The translations under genes were made by a program, and so were the position numbers. From NCBI GenBank assembly GCA_958009085.1, contig OY253684.1, positions 62,001 to 126,000 of the forward strand: a stretch of 64,000 nt of DNA, read 5' to 3'. Numbering within the stretch: the stretch's first letter is position 1; each line of letters begins with the position of its first letter. Positions 24,159-37,320 of this stretch are shown in pieces. Below the pieces are notes generated by a model. It worked only from the letters and a program-made list of their open reading frames with translations. It was not told where the DNA came from and did no database searches. This DNA is from Protoeuglena noctilucae. Its lineage: Eukaryota.

Positions 24159-25092
24159 GACTCTCGCTTCACTGTGGCAATTTGGGGCATGCTGTCGGGT
24201 TTGGATGGTTTGTTGTGTGACCTTGACGGGCGCGCGAGAGAGTGCTTGTAGAGAAGACCCCATAGCACAGTTCCCACAGCATAGTCTCACGATGGCACGT
24301 CCCATCCCCGCAGAGTGCCGCCCCTCCCGCCGGGCCTGGGCGTGGCATCGCCTTCCGCAGCGCTGCTGGGGTTCCTGGAGAAGGCGACGCGGTTCGCGGA
24401 GATGGTGGGGGCATCGCGGGAGGTCGTGGGCGCGTCCCGGGTTGGGTCTGCCAGTGGCAAGTGAATGCAAGGGCACCCATGCGAACACGAGGGCCAGATA
24501 GGGCGCCCCTCTCTCTCTCCATATATTCAGTAGCATGAGCGCGTATCTGTGCATTTATAGGCCTGTCCACCATCAGCACGCTCGCTCCTTCAAAGGACCT
24601 GCCTGCTCTCTGAACTGCACAAGACTGGCGGAAGCCCCGCGGCGCCGACCTTTGACTGGCCTGGCATCGCGTGCACCCTGCCATGCGAAACACGGTGTGC
24701 CATGCGTCACATGACCTGCCATGCTTTTACACGGCCAGCCATGCGAGATGCGAGGGGGCCAAAGACGCAGCGGCAGCGCAGCTAGGGGGAGAATTCGAAA
24801 TCAATGCACATTGCATGGGAAGCGTAGCTAAGGGCAGCGGAAGCAACGGAGGCAGACAGGCGAGATCACGTGGCAAGGGGGGCAGAGACGCTAACGACAG
24901 AGGTTGGCAGGCGAAGGGCGGGTGGGGCGCGCCGATCCACAGCGGTGGCCACGCCCGGCGAGCGAGCTAACCGAAGCGGCAGGCAGCTAGCCGGCGCTGG
25001 CGCACCCTGCGACATGCCAAACGCCCGCCAGGCCCTCAAGAGGGAGAGTCGTGGCGGTTGGAGCGATGTCCACCATAGCGGCGGCCGCCCCA

Positions 25093-28000
25093 TCAAGGCC
25101 TCCCCCCCTGCGTTTGCGCCTGGGGGTGCGCGTGGGCGTGGGCGTGCGCCTGCGCCTGGGCCATCTGCTGCGAGTAGGCGGCCCAGTGGGCGGGGTCCGT
25201 GCTGGTGGGCATGCCCTGGTAGTACACGTAGGGCATCCCCATCATGGGCTGCGCCGGGAGCATCATGGGCTGCCCGCCCTGGTGCGGCATGATGAGCATG
25301 GGCGCCGTGGCACCCGGCTGGGGGAAGAAGAGCATGGGCGCGTGGCCGCCCTGGGCCGCCACCCCCTGCGACATGCCTTGAGCTCCCGACTCCATGCCCA
25401 GGCTCATCTGGGACATCATCTGCGGGGGAGAGACGCGGGGGATTTGAATGGGTGATTGAAAGCGGAAGTAGCGCAGATGCGAGGGCCGGGACATGCCGGC
25501 AGGGGCGGGGTGCGCACGGCACACAAGCAGTCAGGCTGGAGCAAGAGACGTGGGTTCTCTCTTGCATCGCCGGTGCATGTGCTCGCCTGGGAGGGGTCGA
25601 CGGGCGCCATGCCCGCGCCCGAGTAGTGGGGCATGCCGACCGTGCCCGGCATCGCCATGCCCGGGCCCATGTCGCCGCCCTGGCCCCCGCTCCCTGGCTG
25701 GTACGACGCCGCCTGGATGTTGAGCTTGCCGAACGACCCGCCGGACGCGGGCGACGCGCGGTGGTGCCCGGGAACGGAGTCCGACGGGGCAGGCACGAAG
25801 CCACGGGCCAAAGCCGGCACCGGCTGAGGCTGCGGCTGCTGCGGCGGCTGCTGTGCGGCCGTTGGGACGTACCCCGCCGGCCCCGCCAGCCCCAGCTGCG
25901 GCTGCTGAGGGGCGGGCTGAGGCTGAGGGTGCGCGGCCGGGTGGGTCTGTCCGAGAGAGGCCATGCCACCCCGGCCGCCCTCCGCGCCCTGCCCCCGCGC
26001 CGGCCCCGCCGACGGTGCGTTCGCCGTCGCCGTCGACTCCCGCCGCTGCGCCTCCTCCCGCCGCTGGGCCTCCTCGCGCTTGGCACCCCACGCCCCCGCC
26101 GCCCCCACCGCCCCCTGTGGCGCCGCCCCCGACCCCAGCGCAGGGAAGTCGGCCTGGCTGGGGCGGTACGTCAATCCCCCGCCGCCGCCGCCCCCATGCC
26201 TCACGCGATCCTCCCTGTACTCGTCACGCAGCGACCGGTGTGACCCGATGTCGTGCGTGTCCACCCCCTCCATGTGCCACTTGTCCCGGTTGAACTTCCG
26301 GACGGGGTCCGGCGCCGCGCCGCCGTAGCCCCCGCCGCGACCCGGGCCGTCCCCGCCCTCCTCCCCGCCCTCCCGGAACCGCCCACCGTACCCGTACCCG
26401 TCCTCACCCCGCCCAAAGCGCCCGCGGCCACGCCCGCGCCCGCGGCCGCGACCCGCCCACTCCGCGCCCCGCCCCTCCCCGTGCTCCTCCTCGCCGTGGT
26501 ACCCGCGCGGCCGGCCCCAGCCCCGGCCGCCCCGCTCAGCCCGCTCGCCCCCCTCCTCCCCGGCCTCGCCCTCCGCCCCCGCCTCGGGCCACTCCCGGCC
26601 GCCCCGCCCCTCGTCGAAGCGACCCCGGCCCCGCCCGCGCCCGCGGCCGTAGCCCCGCCCGCCCCCCTCCTCCTCCTGCCCCCTGTCCCACCACCCCCGC
26701 CCCCCGCGCCGCTCCCGGCCGCCCTCCGCCGCCAATGGCGCCGGGGCGTCCCGGGGAGCGTCAACGTCGTCCTCGCCCCGGCCCCGCCCGCGGCCCCCGC
26801 GCCCGGCCCGGCCCCCGCGACCCCCGCGTCCAGGCATGGACACCGCGACCGCCACCGCCTCCACCACCCGAGGGGCCCCGCCAGGGGACGCCTCGCCACG
26901 CCCCGCACCCCCGCGCCCGCCGCCGCGGCCCCACGCGCCGCGCCGCCACCTCGACCGTCACGACCCCGTCGTCCCCCCGCGGAGTGGCAGCCCCGTTAGC
27001 ACCCCTGCCGCGACCACGCTCCCCCCGACCACCCTCGCCCCTGCCCCCGCGGCCCCGCCCGCGGCCCCGCCAGCCGTGCGACTCGGCCGGCTCGCCCCTC
27101 TCCAGCGAGTCGAACTTGTCGTGGCGCCAGGCTGTGGGGCAACGCGACGAGAACAGGTGAGGTGGCGGGGCAGCGGCGCAGGTGACACGGCATCGCCAGT
27201 CATGACCCGCAGTCGCCGCGACTCACCGACGTCGGTCGTGTCCCACACGCGCTTGCCGCTGCGCTTGGCATCCATGCGGTTCCTCGCGGCCTGCGGAAAG
27301 CAAAGCGGTGGCAGATTCGCAACATGCCACGGCCCATCGCTCGCCTCCTGGCGCGCAGCAGCGGTCCCCCGCACGCGCCCGCACCTCGTTCTCGGCCTCG
27401 TCGACCTCCTGCTCCCCGCCGCGGTCGTCGTGCTGGTAAAAGGCGCCGCGGGGGGCCTCGAAAGCGTCGGTGGCGGGGGCTTCCTTGGCCTGGGAGAGGG
27501 ACGGGGGCGCGAGGTTCAGGCAAGGGCGGGGATGGATGAGTAGAATGTTCGCAGGCGGCGAGCAGGCGGCGCGCTGGGCGGCGGCGGCGCGACGATCGCT
27601 GAAGCGACCGCAAGGCAGGAAGGGCGGAGCAGCACCCACCGGGGCGCCCGCCGCGTCGATGATCTCCTCTTCTTCGATCACATGCTCCTCGATGACCTCC
27701 TCCTCCACCGGCCGAGAGCCGTTCGCCTGCGGGAAAGCGCGGGAGCAGCTCAGCAGGGGCCGACGGCCACGCCCGAGGTCGCTGACCGCAGCGCGCGGGG
27801 GGTCGGCCTATGCGCGGAGCTGCCCTCCGCCCCGGCTGCGGCCAGGAGCAAGAACGCATGCGCATGCGCTGGGGCGCGCGCTGCCGGGCCCGGGGGCGCG
27901 CACTAACGGTCCGAGGCAGGGAGGGTCCCCGAGGACGCAGGCGGATCGCCCCGGTCCCCGCGCCTCGCGAACCAACTCGTGAGTGGCCCACGGGCCACGC

Positions 28001-28275
28001 AGGGGGTGCGGGGGCGCGGGCGCGCGGCGGGGCGATCGGAGGCGCTCCAAAGGTGCTTTTGAGAAGAGATCTGGGCAAGTCCTCGGGCAGAGCGTGCGCA
28101 TCCCGACTCTAGGTACGTTGCCGGGCGGGAGGAGCGGGGCGCTCGGCCCCGGTCGCCCAACGGGGATCCGCAGGCCCAGTCCCCGCCAAAAAGGAAGCCC
28201 GCCCGATTGCGGCCCGCGGCGGGGCCCGCTCACCGGCTGTGCGGCAGCGGCGGTCTTCTCATCTGCGGTGGACAT
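25093..28275 (-). CDS. CASC3: CASC3/Barentsz/MLN51 exon-junction-complex subunit (Btz domain plus RGG-rich region)
   Basis: Spliced exons give APRGAFYQHDDR ... KRVWDTTDV-AWRHDKFDSLE, the two Btz/SELOR motifs, followed by extensive RGG/RG repeats and a Q/P/M-rich tail. ATG 28275, TGA ending 25093. Confidence 0.88.
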
Positions 28276-28578
28276 GCTCGTTGCGGACGCCGCGGGGCCG
28301 AGCCTCGGCAGGTGACCGTTGGACGAAAAACGGTTGCGCCGCGGGCTCTCGAGCGCGGGGAACCCACGACGGCCTGAATCTGCGGCGCGGGAGGGGCAGC
28401 CTGACGGGAGGCGTCGTCTGTTGATTCCTGGCATTTTCTGACAGGGGCAATTTTTGAACCCCCGCCGCGCTCCTTGCCCGAGAGCGCTGGCCCCACGGTC
28501 CGCAGGCACCCGTTGATGTAGGAAGAGCCCCGGACTCTACGCCGGCCGCGCCGGAGGTCCCCTTCCCCCGGCCACGCC

Positions 28579-31500
28579 ATGGCGTCGTCCCCAGGCGCCG
28601 TTCGCTACGCGTGGGCGCTCGTGGCGCTCGCGGCGCTGGTCGCGGGCGCGTCCCTCCTGGCCTCCATCGCCAGCCGGTTGCTGCTGATGCTGACGGCGCC
28701 CACGGATGCCGCGATGACGTACATGTTCCCCGCCTGGGTCGCCTTCCCCGTGCCAGGCGCACATCTGGGAACCCACTACCGCGCGTGGCTCTACCACGAC
28801 CAGCGCGCGCAGCCCGCGTGCTCCGCCTCGGTCCTGCCGGTGCTGTACGTGCCCGGGAACGCGGGGAGCTTCAAGCAGGCCCGGTCCCTGGGCGGCGAGC
28901 TGGCCCAGGCTGCGGTGGACGCGGGGGCCCAAGGGGTCCCTGCTGAGAACTGCGTGCGGATGCCGGTCGTCGCCGTCGACCTCGGGGAGGAGCTTTCCGC
29001 TTTTGACGCCAGGTGAGCTTGGCATGGCCATGCAGGGGGGGGCCTCGCGAGTTTTACGGGTCCGCCCAACCAGCATGACAGTGAGGGAGGCGCCACCCCC
29101 GCAGGAACGCACAGCTGCAGAGCGAGTTCGTGGCCGCGGCCATCGCTGCGGTCTGGCAGCGCCTCTGCGCCCCGGCCGACCTCCCAGGCCCCGCGTGCTC
29201 GGGGATGGTCCTGGTCGGACAGTCGATGGGTGGCGTGGTGGCGCGCCTGGCCCTGCGGCGCCTGGCGGGCTCCGCGGACGCCGGCGACCGCAGCGCCGCT
29301 GCCTCCGCGCGGGTCCTCGTGACGCTGGCCACCCCGCACGCGGCCCCACCCCTCGACATCTTTGCGCCCATGCGCGCACTCTACGCCTCCCTCTCCGCCA
29401 CCCAGACCCAAGCGCGGCCCTATAAAGACGCGTGGCCCGTCATCGCGTCGCTTTCGCTCGGCGATCGCGACGTCCAGGTCCGGCCGTGGATGACGGCCCC
29501 GCCCGCCACCCCCGCCCGCCTGTGGGTCGACACTCGGGTCGTGGCTGGGGCCTGGTCGAGCGTCATGCACGACGCCGTGTGGGCCAACCAGGCCGCGCGG
29601 GCACTCAGCCACGCGCTGCGGTGCGCCGCGGCCCTCCTCCCAGCCCCCGACACCGGCAGCATGGCAGCTGCGATGGCGCCGGCCTTGCAAGCACACTGCC
29701 CCCTGGGCCTGGCCGACTTGCCATGGGAGCACATGAGGCGAGAGGCGGAGGAGAGGGGCGCGCCGGCTGTCATCGCTGCCGCCATGGATGCAGGTGAGAG
29801 GTGCTTGCAGCTAGCTTGGGAGGGTGACATAGTAGTAGGCTCACATAGTAGGATATGACGTCCATATTTGTGGGCGCCCGTCATCTCACACCAAGCAGCA
29901 CAGCCTAGCAACGCTCCCTCACTCCTGCCTGCCGCCCACAGCGCTGCGAGGGCGGCCCTTCCGTACCCGCATGGTCCCGCACACACCTGTTGAGATGCCG
30001 CCCATCTCCGCCCATCTCATGGAGCTGGACAGCGTTCCCGACTGCGGGGACACGTGGCAGTGGCCGGGACCCGGCAGCGGCGAGCTGCGGGAAGATGGCA
30101 GGCGATGGCATGTGTGCCGTTTGGGCGATGCCCCGGGTGCCATCCTCCGCACCCATGCCGTCGCACCGGGCAGCTCCATCGTCGCTTACCTCGCTCGGCC
30201 CCACGGCTGCGACGAGCATCTGAATGCGGGTGTCCTTGGCACAGCCACGGCCACCTGCGAGCCCTGTGCGCCAGGAGAGGTGCTCTCAGGTCCCCTCTGC
30301 CTGACGCCTGCATCGTGGATCGACGCGCCCCGCGCCGCGCCGGGGGACTGGGACGCCGCGGCGATGTCGGGGCAGCCCCTCGAATCGCTCGTGCGGCACA
30401 ACATGACGGGCGGAGCGGTCGGGGCCTCGGCTGTGGGGGTGCTGATGCCGCCTGAGGGGGTGGAGGGGGTAGAGGAGCTGACCGTGCTTTTCGGTGTGTC
30501 GGAAGAGCAGGGGTGGGCGGCAGACGCCAGCCTGGACGCTCTCGTTCCCGCGGGCACCGTGGCACGGCCCGGGACCGGGCTGGGTCGCGATGGGGGCGGT
30601 CACGGCAGCGAGTGGCGTGCGAGCGTGGCGGTGGAGCGGCTGGGCCCGCCTTTGGCAGCGGGGCACGAGCGCAGGGCACGTGGAAAGGGTGTGGGTGATG
30701 CGGGGCTGTGTGGGAGCAGCGAAGTGTCTGCAGGCCCAGGCGTGTCGCTGCCGTGCGCGTTGACGGAGGTGTACCGAGTCAGCGAGAGCAAATCTAAGCA
30801 TGGGGTCATTAGCGTGGCACCGTCGGCAGAGGTGCTTCACCGAGCCCCGTGGGCGCAGTGGATCCCTAGCAGGGTCGTGCTCAGGTGAGGCATGCCTGGC
30901 ACCCGGGCCATCAACATCCACCTGCGCCTGTGCAGCATTGACATTGGGCGCAAGTCACCACATTGCCATCTGAACACACACTAGAGATGAGGGACGAGTA
31001 CTACACACCGCCCCCCGCAGTCTCCTGCCCGTCGCGGACGGCCACCCCCCTCCCTCCTGCGCCCCGCCGGCCCTGCTCCTCCTCGCCACCTGCGGCCCCG
31101 ACGCACCCCCCGGCTGCCGCCCCGAGCCTCTCGCCACCGCCCGCTCCCGCCCTGAACCATCGCCGTGGTTCGCCGCGGCTGCCCTCGCGCTCCGGGCGCT
31201 GGGCTGGGCCTCGTGAGTCGCGCTGCTGCGCGAGAGTGAATGCAACTGTCGGCTAGTATCATTCTCTGCATTCAGTCTCTCGCTCTGTTCATGTCAGGTC
31301 ACATCGAGCCCTCAACGCATGGGACTTGCAAGCCAGGCAAGCTGTTGTTTGCATGTATGGACTCCTCCCCCCTCCCTTTCGCACATCGCAGATTTGAGCA
31401 GAGCAAGGAGTCGCTCATCGTCGCTGCCCTCACCGCCCGTCACTTCGAGGTCTCCTCTACCAAGGCAGCCGCCCTCACCGCCTTTGCTCTTCAGGCACTT

Positions 31501-32637
31501 GAGGGTCTCTCTGATCCAGCCTTACCAAAGAACCATGGTAATAGTAATCAGTCGCTGCTCCACACAAGCAGAGTCGTCTCTGTCGCGGTGCTCCAGGACC
31601 GCGCGAGTGGATGCGCTTTCACGATTGCTGTGCAGCCCGCGGTGGGAGAGGCGCTGTTTCAGCTCCTGGTCGACAACGCCAGCGCCGCCCTCTCCGCGCT
31701 GCCGTGGCTGTGCGTGGCGTGGGGGGCGGCCCGCGTCATGTCACACGCTCAGTTCACGCCCATGTTACACACGGGCAAAGCCGACCTCTCCGAAGCCCCG
31801 TCATCTGGTGGCTCCCTTGCCACTGCTTCCGACCATGACAGCGAGGCCTCTCATGTCATGCCAGGGCCAAGCAACCTAAGGGCGTCCGGCACAGCTGCAC
31901 GCTTGGGGTGGGCGGCACTGTCGGTGCTTGCGTGCGTGGCCGTGGATCCAGCGGTGGGCATGGCCGTCGCTGTGGGGCGGCACGCGTGGGTGCTGCGGAG
32001 GGTAGCTTGGATGGGCAGAAGTGGGGTCGAAAGGGGTGGCCAGAGCAGCGGGGGAGAGAAGGGGGAGGGAGGGGCACCTGCCTGGGCAATGGACCGCATG
32101 GTGGCAGCCCTGCAGGGACCCGCACTGGCATGGGAGGTGTACCAGTTGGCCCGGGCCGCACTCCCGGCCGTGTCCTTTGGGCGCTTTGCCGCCAACTGCG
32201 TCGCGTCGGGGGGCCCAGGGAGGTCTGCGCTGCTACGAGAGGTGAGTGGCATGCTATGCACGATGGCGGGGAGTGGAGATGGTCTGTGAAGGGTGGCGGG
32301 GAGTGGAGATGGCCTGTGAAGGGTGGGGGGGCTTGGAGATGGCCTGTGAAGGGTGACGGAAAGTCCAGATGGCCTGTGAAGGGTGGGGGGGAGTGAAGAT
32401 GGCCTGTGAAGGAGCATCTGTAGTGGCTGAGCGTATTCTATGTGCCCACTTGCGCAGGTGCTGTGGGTGCTGTTCCCGAGTAATAGGGCAGCGGAGGGTG
32501 GTGCGCTGTGGGCGTGGCTGGGCTACCGGGGGGCAAATGCCGTCTGGGGATGCGTTGTGAGTGCGGTGGCCCTGGGCATGGCCGTGAGGCCAGGGGATGG
32601 GCACCGTGCCGAGAAAACGAAGCGCAAGAGGCTTTAG
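28579..32637 (+). CDS. PGAP1: GPI inositol-deacylase (PGAP1/BST1-like alpha/beta hydrolase with C-terminal membrane helices)
   Basis: N-terminal hydrophobic anchor; VLYVPGNAGSFKQARSLG, VDLGEELSAFD, LVGQSMGGVVAR, VTLATPHAAPP, GDRDVQVRP, HDAVWANQ. Hydrophobic C-terminus ending KRKRL* (KxKxx ER-retrieval-like). The middle exons are less certain. Confidence 0.82.
32262..32412 (+). repeat. Intronic 30-bp tandem repeat, about 5 copies (core GATGGCCTGTGAAGGGTG)
   Basis: AGATGG(C/T)CTGTGAAGG recurs at a 30-bp period inside the last PGAP1 intron (32242-32457). Confidence 0.93.
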
Positions 32638-33914
32638 AAAGTGACGTAGTGGTGTTAGTGATACAAATGCTTCAATGGCAGTTGTAGAATTAGCCAATGA
32701 CGGTCTCCGCGTTGAGCCAGACGACGACAGAGACGACGAACCAGCCCGTCGCCCACACCGTCTCGCGGGCAGCGGGGTCCAGGAGCCTCTCCCTGCGGCG
32801 TGGGGCCAGGGTTTGCTTGGAGTCAATCCTATCCCGACTAAATGCATCTCATCTCGTGGCCCTGGCGTGCCTCGGCTGCGGATCGCTCGCTGCAGCGCTC
32901 ACTTGAGCCGCGTCAGCAGACCCGCCTGCTGCCCCTCCGCCCGCGCCATGCTCTCGTCCTTCTCGTCCGCGCCTGCCTGACCCAGGACTATCCTTAACGA
33001 CCCCTGCCTCTTCTTCCCTGCGCGAAGCACGCGGGCGAGTTCCCCCGGTCTGTGCAACACGCCAGCCCCCCACGCACACGCGGCGGCCTCGGGGGCGCCA
33101 GCTCGCATACGCAGCGTCACATGGAGCCCTGACGACATGCCTAGCGGTGGTTTCGGGAACACCGCGCAGCGCAGGGGCGGCCTCACCGTTGCGACGGCGA
33201 CGGAACCGTGGAGACTCGTTGGAATGCGCGATCGTCGTCGGCATTCGAGGTCAGAGGTACCGCAACGCAAAGCTCGAGGTCCCGACCTGAGCCTCGCGCC
33301 GGATGAGTGGGGGTCGCGACGGGTGCCAGCGACACTCTTGGTTTAACCCATCCCCGAAATTCTCATTGCTGACCGCCTGACGCAGCGTGTCCCCTATGCC
33401 TGCACATGATATGAATGGGATCGCTCGAAGCACCTGTGTCGCGTCCATTGGTGCGATCCTTTCAAGGTCTGAAAAAAAGGCCTCTTGGTGCCTGGGTCAT
33501 CGACCGTCACAAGATTGCTGGATGCCAGCTTTCGAGGATGAGCTCGCAGCTCGCGTCCAGGGAGCTGGAAGCACTCAAGAGCCGGCCCCTGGTTTCGATG
33601 GGTCGCACGACCCTGCTCCAGGTTCGCCGGCGATCTGGCTGCATGCGGTGGCGGCTCCGAGTGCGCCGTCCTCTCATTTCTTAGTATCAGTCATCCAATG
33701 ACATCGATCCAATCGCTTTGGGACCCTCCCCAGCCGGCCCAGCACGGGCGCTCCTCCTTGCGGACCGTGGGGCGCCGCGGGCTTGCAGTCTCAGGGCACG
33801 AGAGGCGCAGCGACGCGAAGCTTGGCAGTGATAGCGTATGCCTTATGACGAATCTTTGATCCGCGCCCTCCACGCCGTGCCCTGGCAAGGCGCTGGCTTC
33901 GGCACGTCCCGTGC

Positions 33915-36900
33915 ATGCCCTCCCGCGCAGCTCCCGTGCCCCGCGCGCGGAACGTGAATGGGGCGGAGGACATGGAGGACGAGGGTCCGGTGGAGCGGAG
34001 CCTCAGCGAGGAGGAGGCGCGCGCCCAGCTGGCCAGGATCCGCAGCATGTGGTGTGTCCCCGCGCCGCCCGCCGGCGCCCGCCCGCGCCCCACGAAACGC
34101 ACCTCGATGCCTTTCTGTTTGCGATCTGCGTCTTGGAGGCCGTGCAGGCGGCCCGACCCAAGCGCGGGGCCGCGTCGCACCCTACCCTCCGCGTCCTTGC
34201 GGGGGCCCGTGCGCCCGGCGGGAGCATCTCGAATCGGCCGCGCGCGACTTTCGCAATCTTCACGTATTATTGTAACTGAATTTGCCCTCTCCTGCCCGCA
34301 GGGAATTCGCTTCCGCCATGTTCTTCATGCATTCCTTCGCTGCGCACATATTCAACGACGGGACCTCCGCGGAGCCTCTGGAGGTGTCGGCCGAGGCTCT
34401 CGAGGACGCTTTGGTCCGGTCGAGCGGCGACGGGGGCGTCTTGCAGTCCATCCACGTGGCCCTGCTGTCGGGCGTGATGTGGAAGCGGTGAGGTCCCCTG
34501 GCCTCCGCATTTCTGGCCGTGTCGCGTCACCGCCCGCATGCCGGCTCACTCTGCCATCGCGCGCACCGCCACTCGCACCGCACCGCCGCCCGCACGCCCT
34601 CGCTGCACCGCCCCAGCGCTCATCTCACCGTCTCCCGCACCGCACCGCGCCACGCCCGTCGCCGCCTGCAGGGATGCGGTGAAGGAAGACGCCTGGCAGC
34701 TGCAGGTGGAGCGCAAGGTCCACGAGCACTGGGCCCTGACGTACCCCGGCGTGCCCTACCCCTGGCGCCCCCACCGCAACGACCCTTTGCGTGCCGCCAC
34801 GTCTTACGCCCGCATGCCCGCGGCTGACCGCGTCCGCGCCCTCAAACTCCTCTGCGATCTGCGCCTGGACCAGGAGGACATCCAGAACCGCATGAGCAAG
34901 GCGGCAGGGACGCTGGCACGGCCGCCCAAGAAGCGCAAGAAACAAAAGCAGGGGACGGTGGCGGTGGATGACGGGGAGGAGACGCTGGAGAGGTTCCAGG
35001 AACAGACGCCTTTTTGTAAAGATGACGAGGGGGGCACGTACTGGTGAGGGTCAGGGGGTTGGGTGGGGGCATTGGTGGTAACACCGATGCGCTCTTACGA
35101 TGCTTGCATCGTACTAGATGACGGTTGGGGGTGTGCACGTGCCAAGTAAGATACCCTTACCCTAACGAGTGTTTCACAAGTGCCATCCTCACCAATCTGC
35201 TTCACTGCAGGCTGCACGACATGAGCGACACGTTCGGGGTGCGGTTGTACCGAGAGGGGCCGGCCCCAGTGGACCCAGCGGCAGTGGCGGCGGGGGAGGA
35301 GTGGGAGCGGATGCGGGCGGCGGCGGTGGCGCGGATGGCGCAGGCGGCGCGGCAGCCGCGGGGGCAAGCGCGGGAGGAGCGGGGGACTGGGGCTGTTTCT
35401 GGCATTGCCGGGGGTGGCAGGGGGCGGGAGGCGGCGCACGGGGTGGGGCTTTAGGGTGCCGTTGCGCAGATCCTGGCGCCGGACGGGACGGTGGTGACGA
35501 TGGGGCAGGACGTGGCGCTTCGATACCTGGCGGCTTATCGGGAAATGTGCACGGCACGTGGGATGGGCCCGGAGGCGGCGACGGTGGCGGCGACGCAGCT
35601 ACTGCAGCGCAACGCGGTGGCGATCGCCGCGCAGTCGCGGGCGCTGGCGGCGGCGCAGGCGCAGATGCGGGCGGGGGCGCAGATAGGAGCGGCGGCGGGG
35701 GCGGCGGGGGTGACACACGCACAAGCACAAGCCCAGGCGCAGGCGCACATGCAGATGCAGGTCATGCAAATGCAGGCCATGCAGGTCATGCAAATGGTGC
35801 AGATGCAGCAAATGCAACTACTGCAAATGCAGCAGGCGGGTGCGGCTGCCATGAACGGGCATGCGCAGGGCGCTAAGCCTGGGGTGGGGGTGGTGGCGAA
35901 GGCGCCTGCAGGGAGTGAGAATGGTGCTGCTGCGAACCACGTTCCCAGTACAGTTGCACTGGCAACTGCCGGGGATGCGGGGGTAGCATCGGTGGCGCAG
36001 CAGGCGGGGGCGAATGGGTCTGATGCAGCAAGAGCGACTGGGGGTGGGTATGGGAGTGGGGAAGCGGTCAAGGGAGAGGGGAGTGGGGTAATAGGGGTGG
36101 CGGGGGTGGGCAAGGGCGGTGGGGAGGGTCATGCCGCGGTGGGGGTGGGGGGGGGTGGGAAAGACAAGGGGGGGCTGTTAAGAGAGAAAATGGAAGCAGG
36201 GGCGTTGGAGGCGAGCGAAGGGGGTGCGGCACGCGATGGGAGCGGGGGTGGCGAGGGTGGAGTGGGAAGGGAGGCAGGGGGCGGTGCGAACGAGGGCGGG
36301 GGTGGGGTTGAGGGTGGTGGTGGTGCAACGGGGGGCGAGGGTAGGGGTGTTGGTGTGGCTGAGGGTGCGGATGGGGTTGTGGGGTCAACACCGGGTGCGG
36401 GTATGACTGAGGGTGCAACAGGGGGTGCGGGTGCGGGTGGTGGTGCGGGTGCAGGTGTGGGGAGGGGTGTTGGTGCGGGTGCGGGTGCGGATGGGGTTGC
36501 AGGGTCAACAGCGGGTGCGAGTGGTGGTGCGGGTGCGGATTTGAGTGTGGGTGCGGATGGTGGTGCGGCAGCGGGAGTGGGTGTGGGTGCGGGTGTGGGG
36601 TCAACAGCGGGTGCGGGTGCAGATGGGGTTGCAACTGCGGGTGCGGGTGTGGTCCCTCCCCCTGCCCCTCGTCCCCTGGGTCCGCGTCACGAGGTGGATG
36701 TGCCAGAGGCGGTGTTTTCTCGCATCCACGCCATGCACCAGCCGTGCGGGGAGGTGAGGGGGTCGAATGGGCATGAAATGGTGCATGCGTGCTCCAGCAG
36801 TCATAATGTTTAATCACAACCCTTTGTTTTGTAATTAACATACACTTTTGTTATCTCCGTTGCTCACGAATGTCGCACCCGGTCACCAACCCACCACCCT

Positions 36901-37320
36901 CTCCACAAGCAACCCCTGCTAATGGCTCATTCCTCCCCTGTCCCGCAGTGGGCGATGCTGGCTTCTGGCACCGGGGAGCTGCGTCAGTGGGCGGAGCGCA
37001 TGGCGGGGGCCAAGGCTGCGTGGGAGAGGGAAGCGGGGGCGCGGCTGTTAAGCGAGGTGCTTCCGGGATTGGAGGAAAGGGAAAGAGAGGAGGAGAGGCG
37101 CGTTCGCAAGCAGATGCGGATGCAAAGCAACCTGGGGCTGGGGGGTGCGTACTGGGCGGAGAGTAAGGGGCGGCGGGTGGGGCGTGTGGATTACGCTTTT
37201 CAGGGATTTGAAAATCAGATACAGGACGCGATTCGGCGCGCGGAGGGGTCGGGGGAGGAGGGAGGGGAGGGGCGGGGAGGGGGGGAGGGGGAGGGGGAGG
37301 GAGATGGTGGGTGGGAGTGA
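33915..37320 (+). CDS. DDT-domain/WHIM chromatin-remodelling cofactor (Arabidopsis DDR4-like) with a large low-complexity insertion
   Basis: IRSMW-EFASAMFFMHSF..EALEDALV..IHVALL (DDT); SYARMPAADRVRALKLLCDLRLDQEDIQ (WHIM1); PFCKDDEGGTYW and GVRLYRE; WAMLASGTGELRQW; RVDYAFQGFENQIQDAI. Start is ATG 33915 or 33972. An in-frame TAG at 35452 needs an intron I could not resolve. Confidence 0.8.

Noticed and set aside
32262..32412. 30-bp periodic repeat resembling a CRISPR array
   Set aside because: The variable parts are about 12 nt and related to each other, there are no cas genes, and it lies in a eukaryotic intron; it is a minisatellite.
6255..32637. PIG-L and PGAP1 as a GPI-pathway gene cluster
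   Set aside because: They are about 21 kb apart with six unrelated genes between them; coincidence is sufficient.
32640..33910. Possible extra gene or ncRNA between PGAP1 and the DDT gene
   Set aside because: Only short ORFs without motifs and a weak 7-bp hairpin near 33417-33458; nothing supportable.
13697..35454. Possible TAG/TAA=Gln genetic code as in some ulvophytes, prompted by the TAG at 35452 and mostly TGA stops
   Set aside because: Conserved exons with many Gln codons contain no other in-frame TAA/TAG. The AN1 gene ends naturally at TAG, and PGAP1 ends at TAG directly after a KxKxx-like signal.
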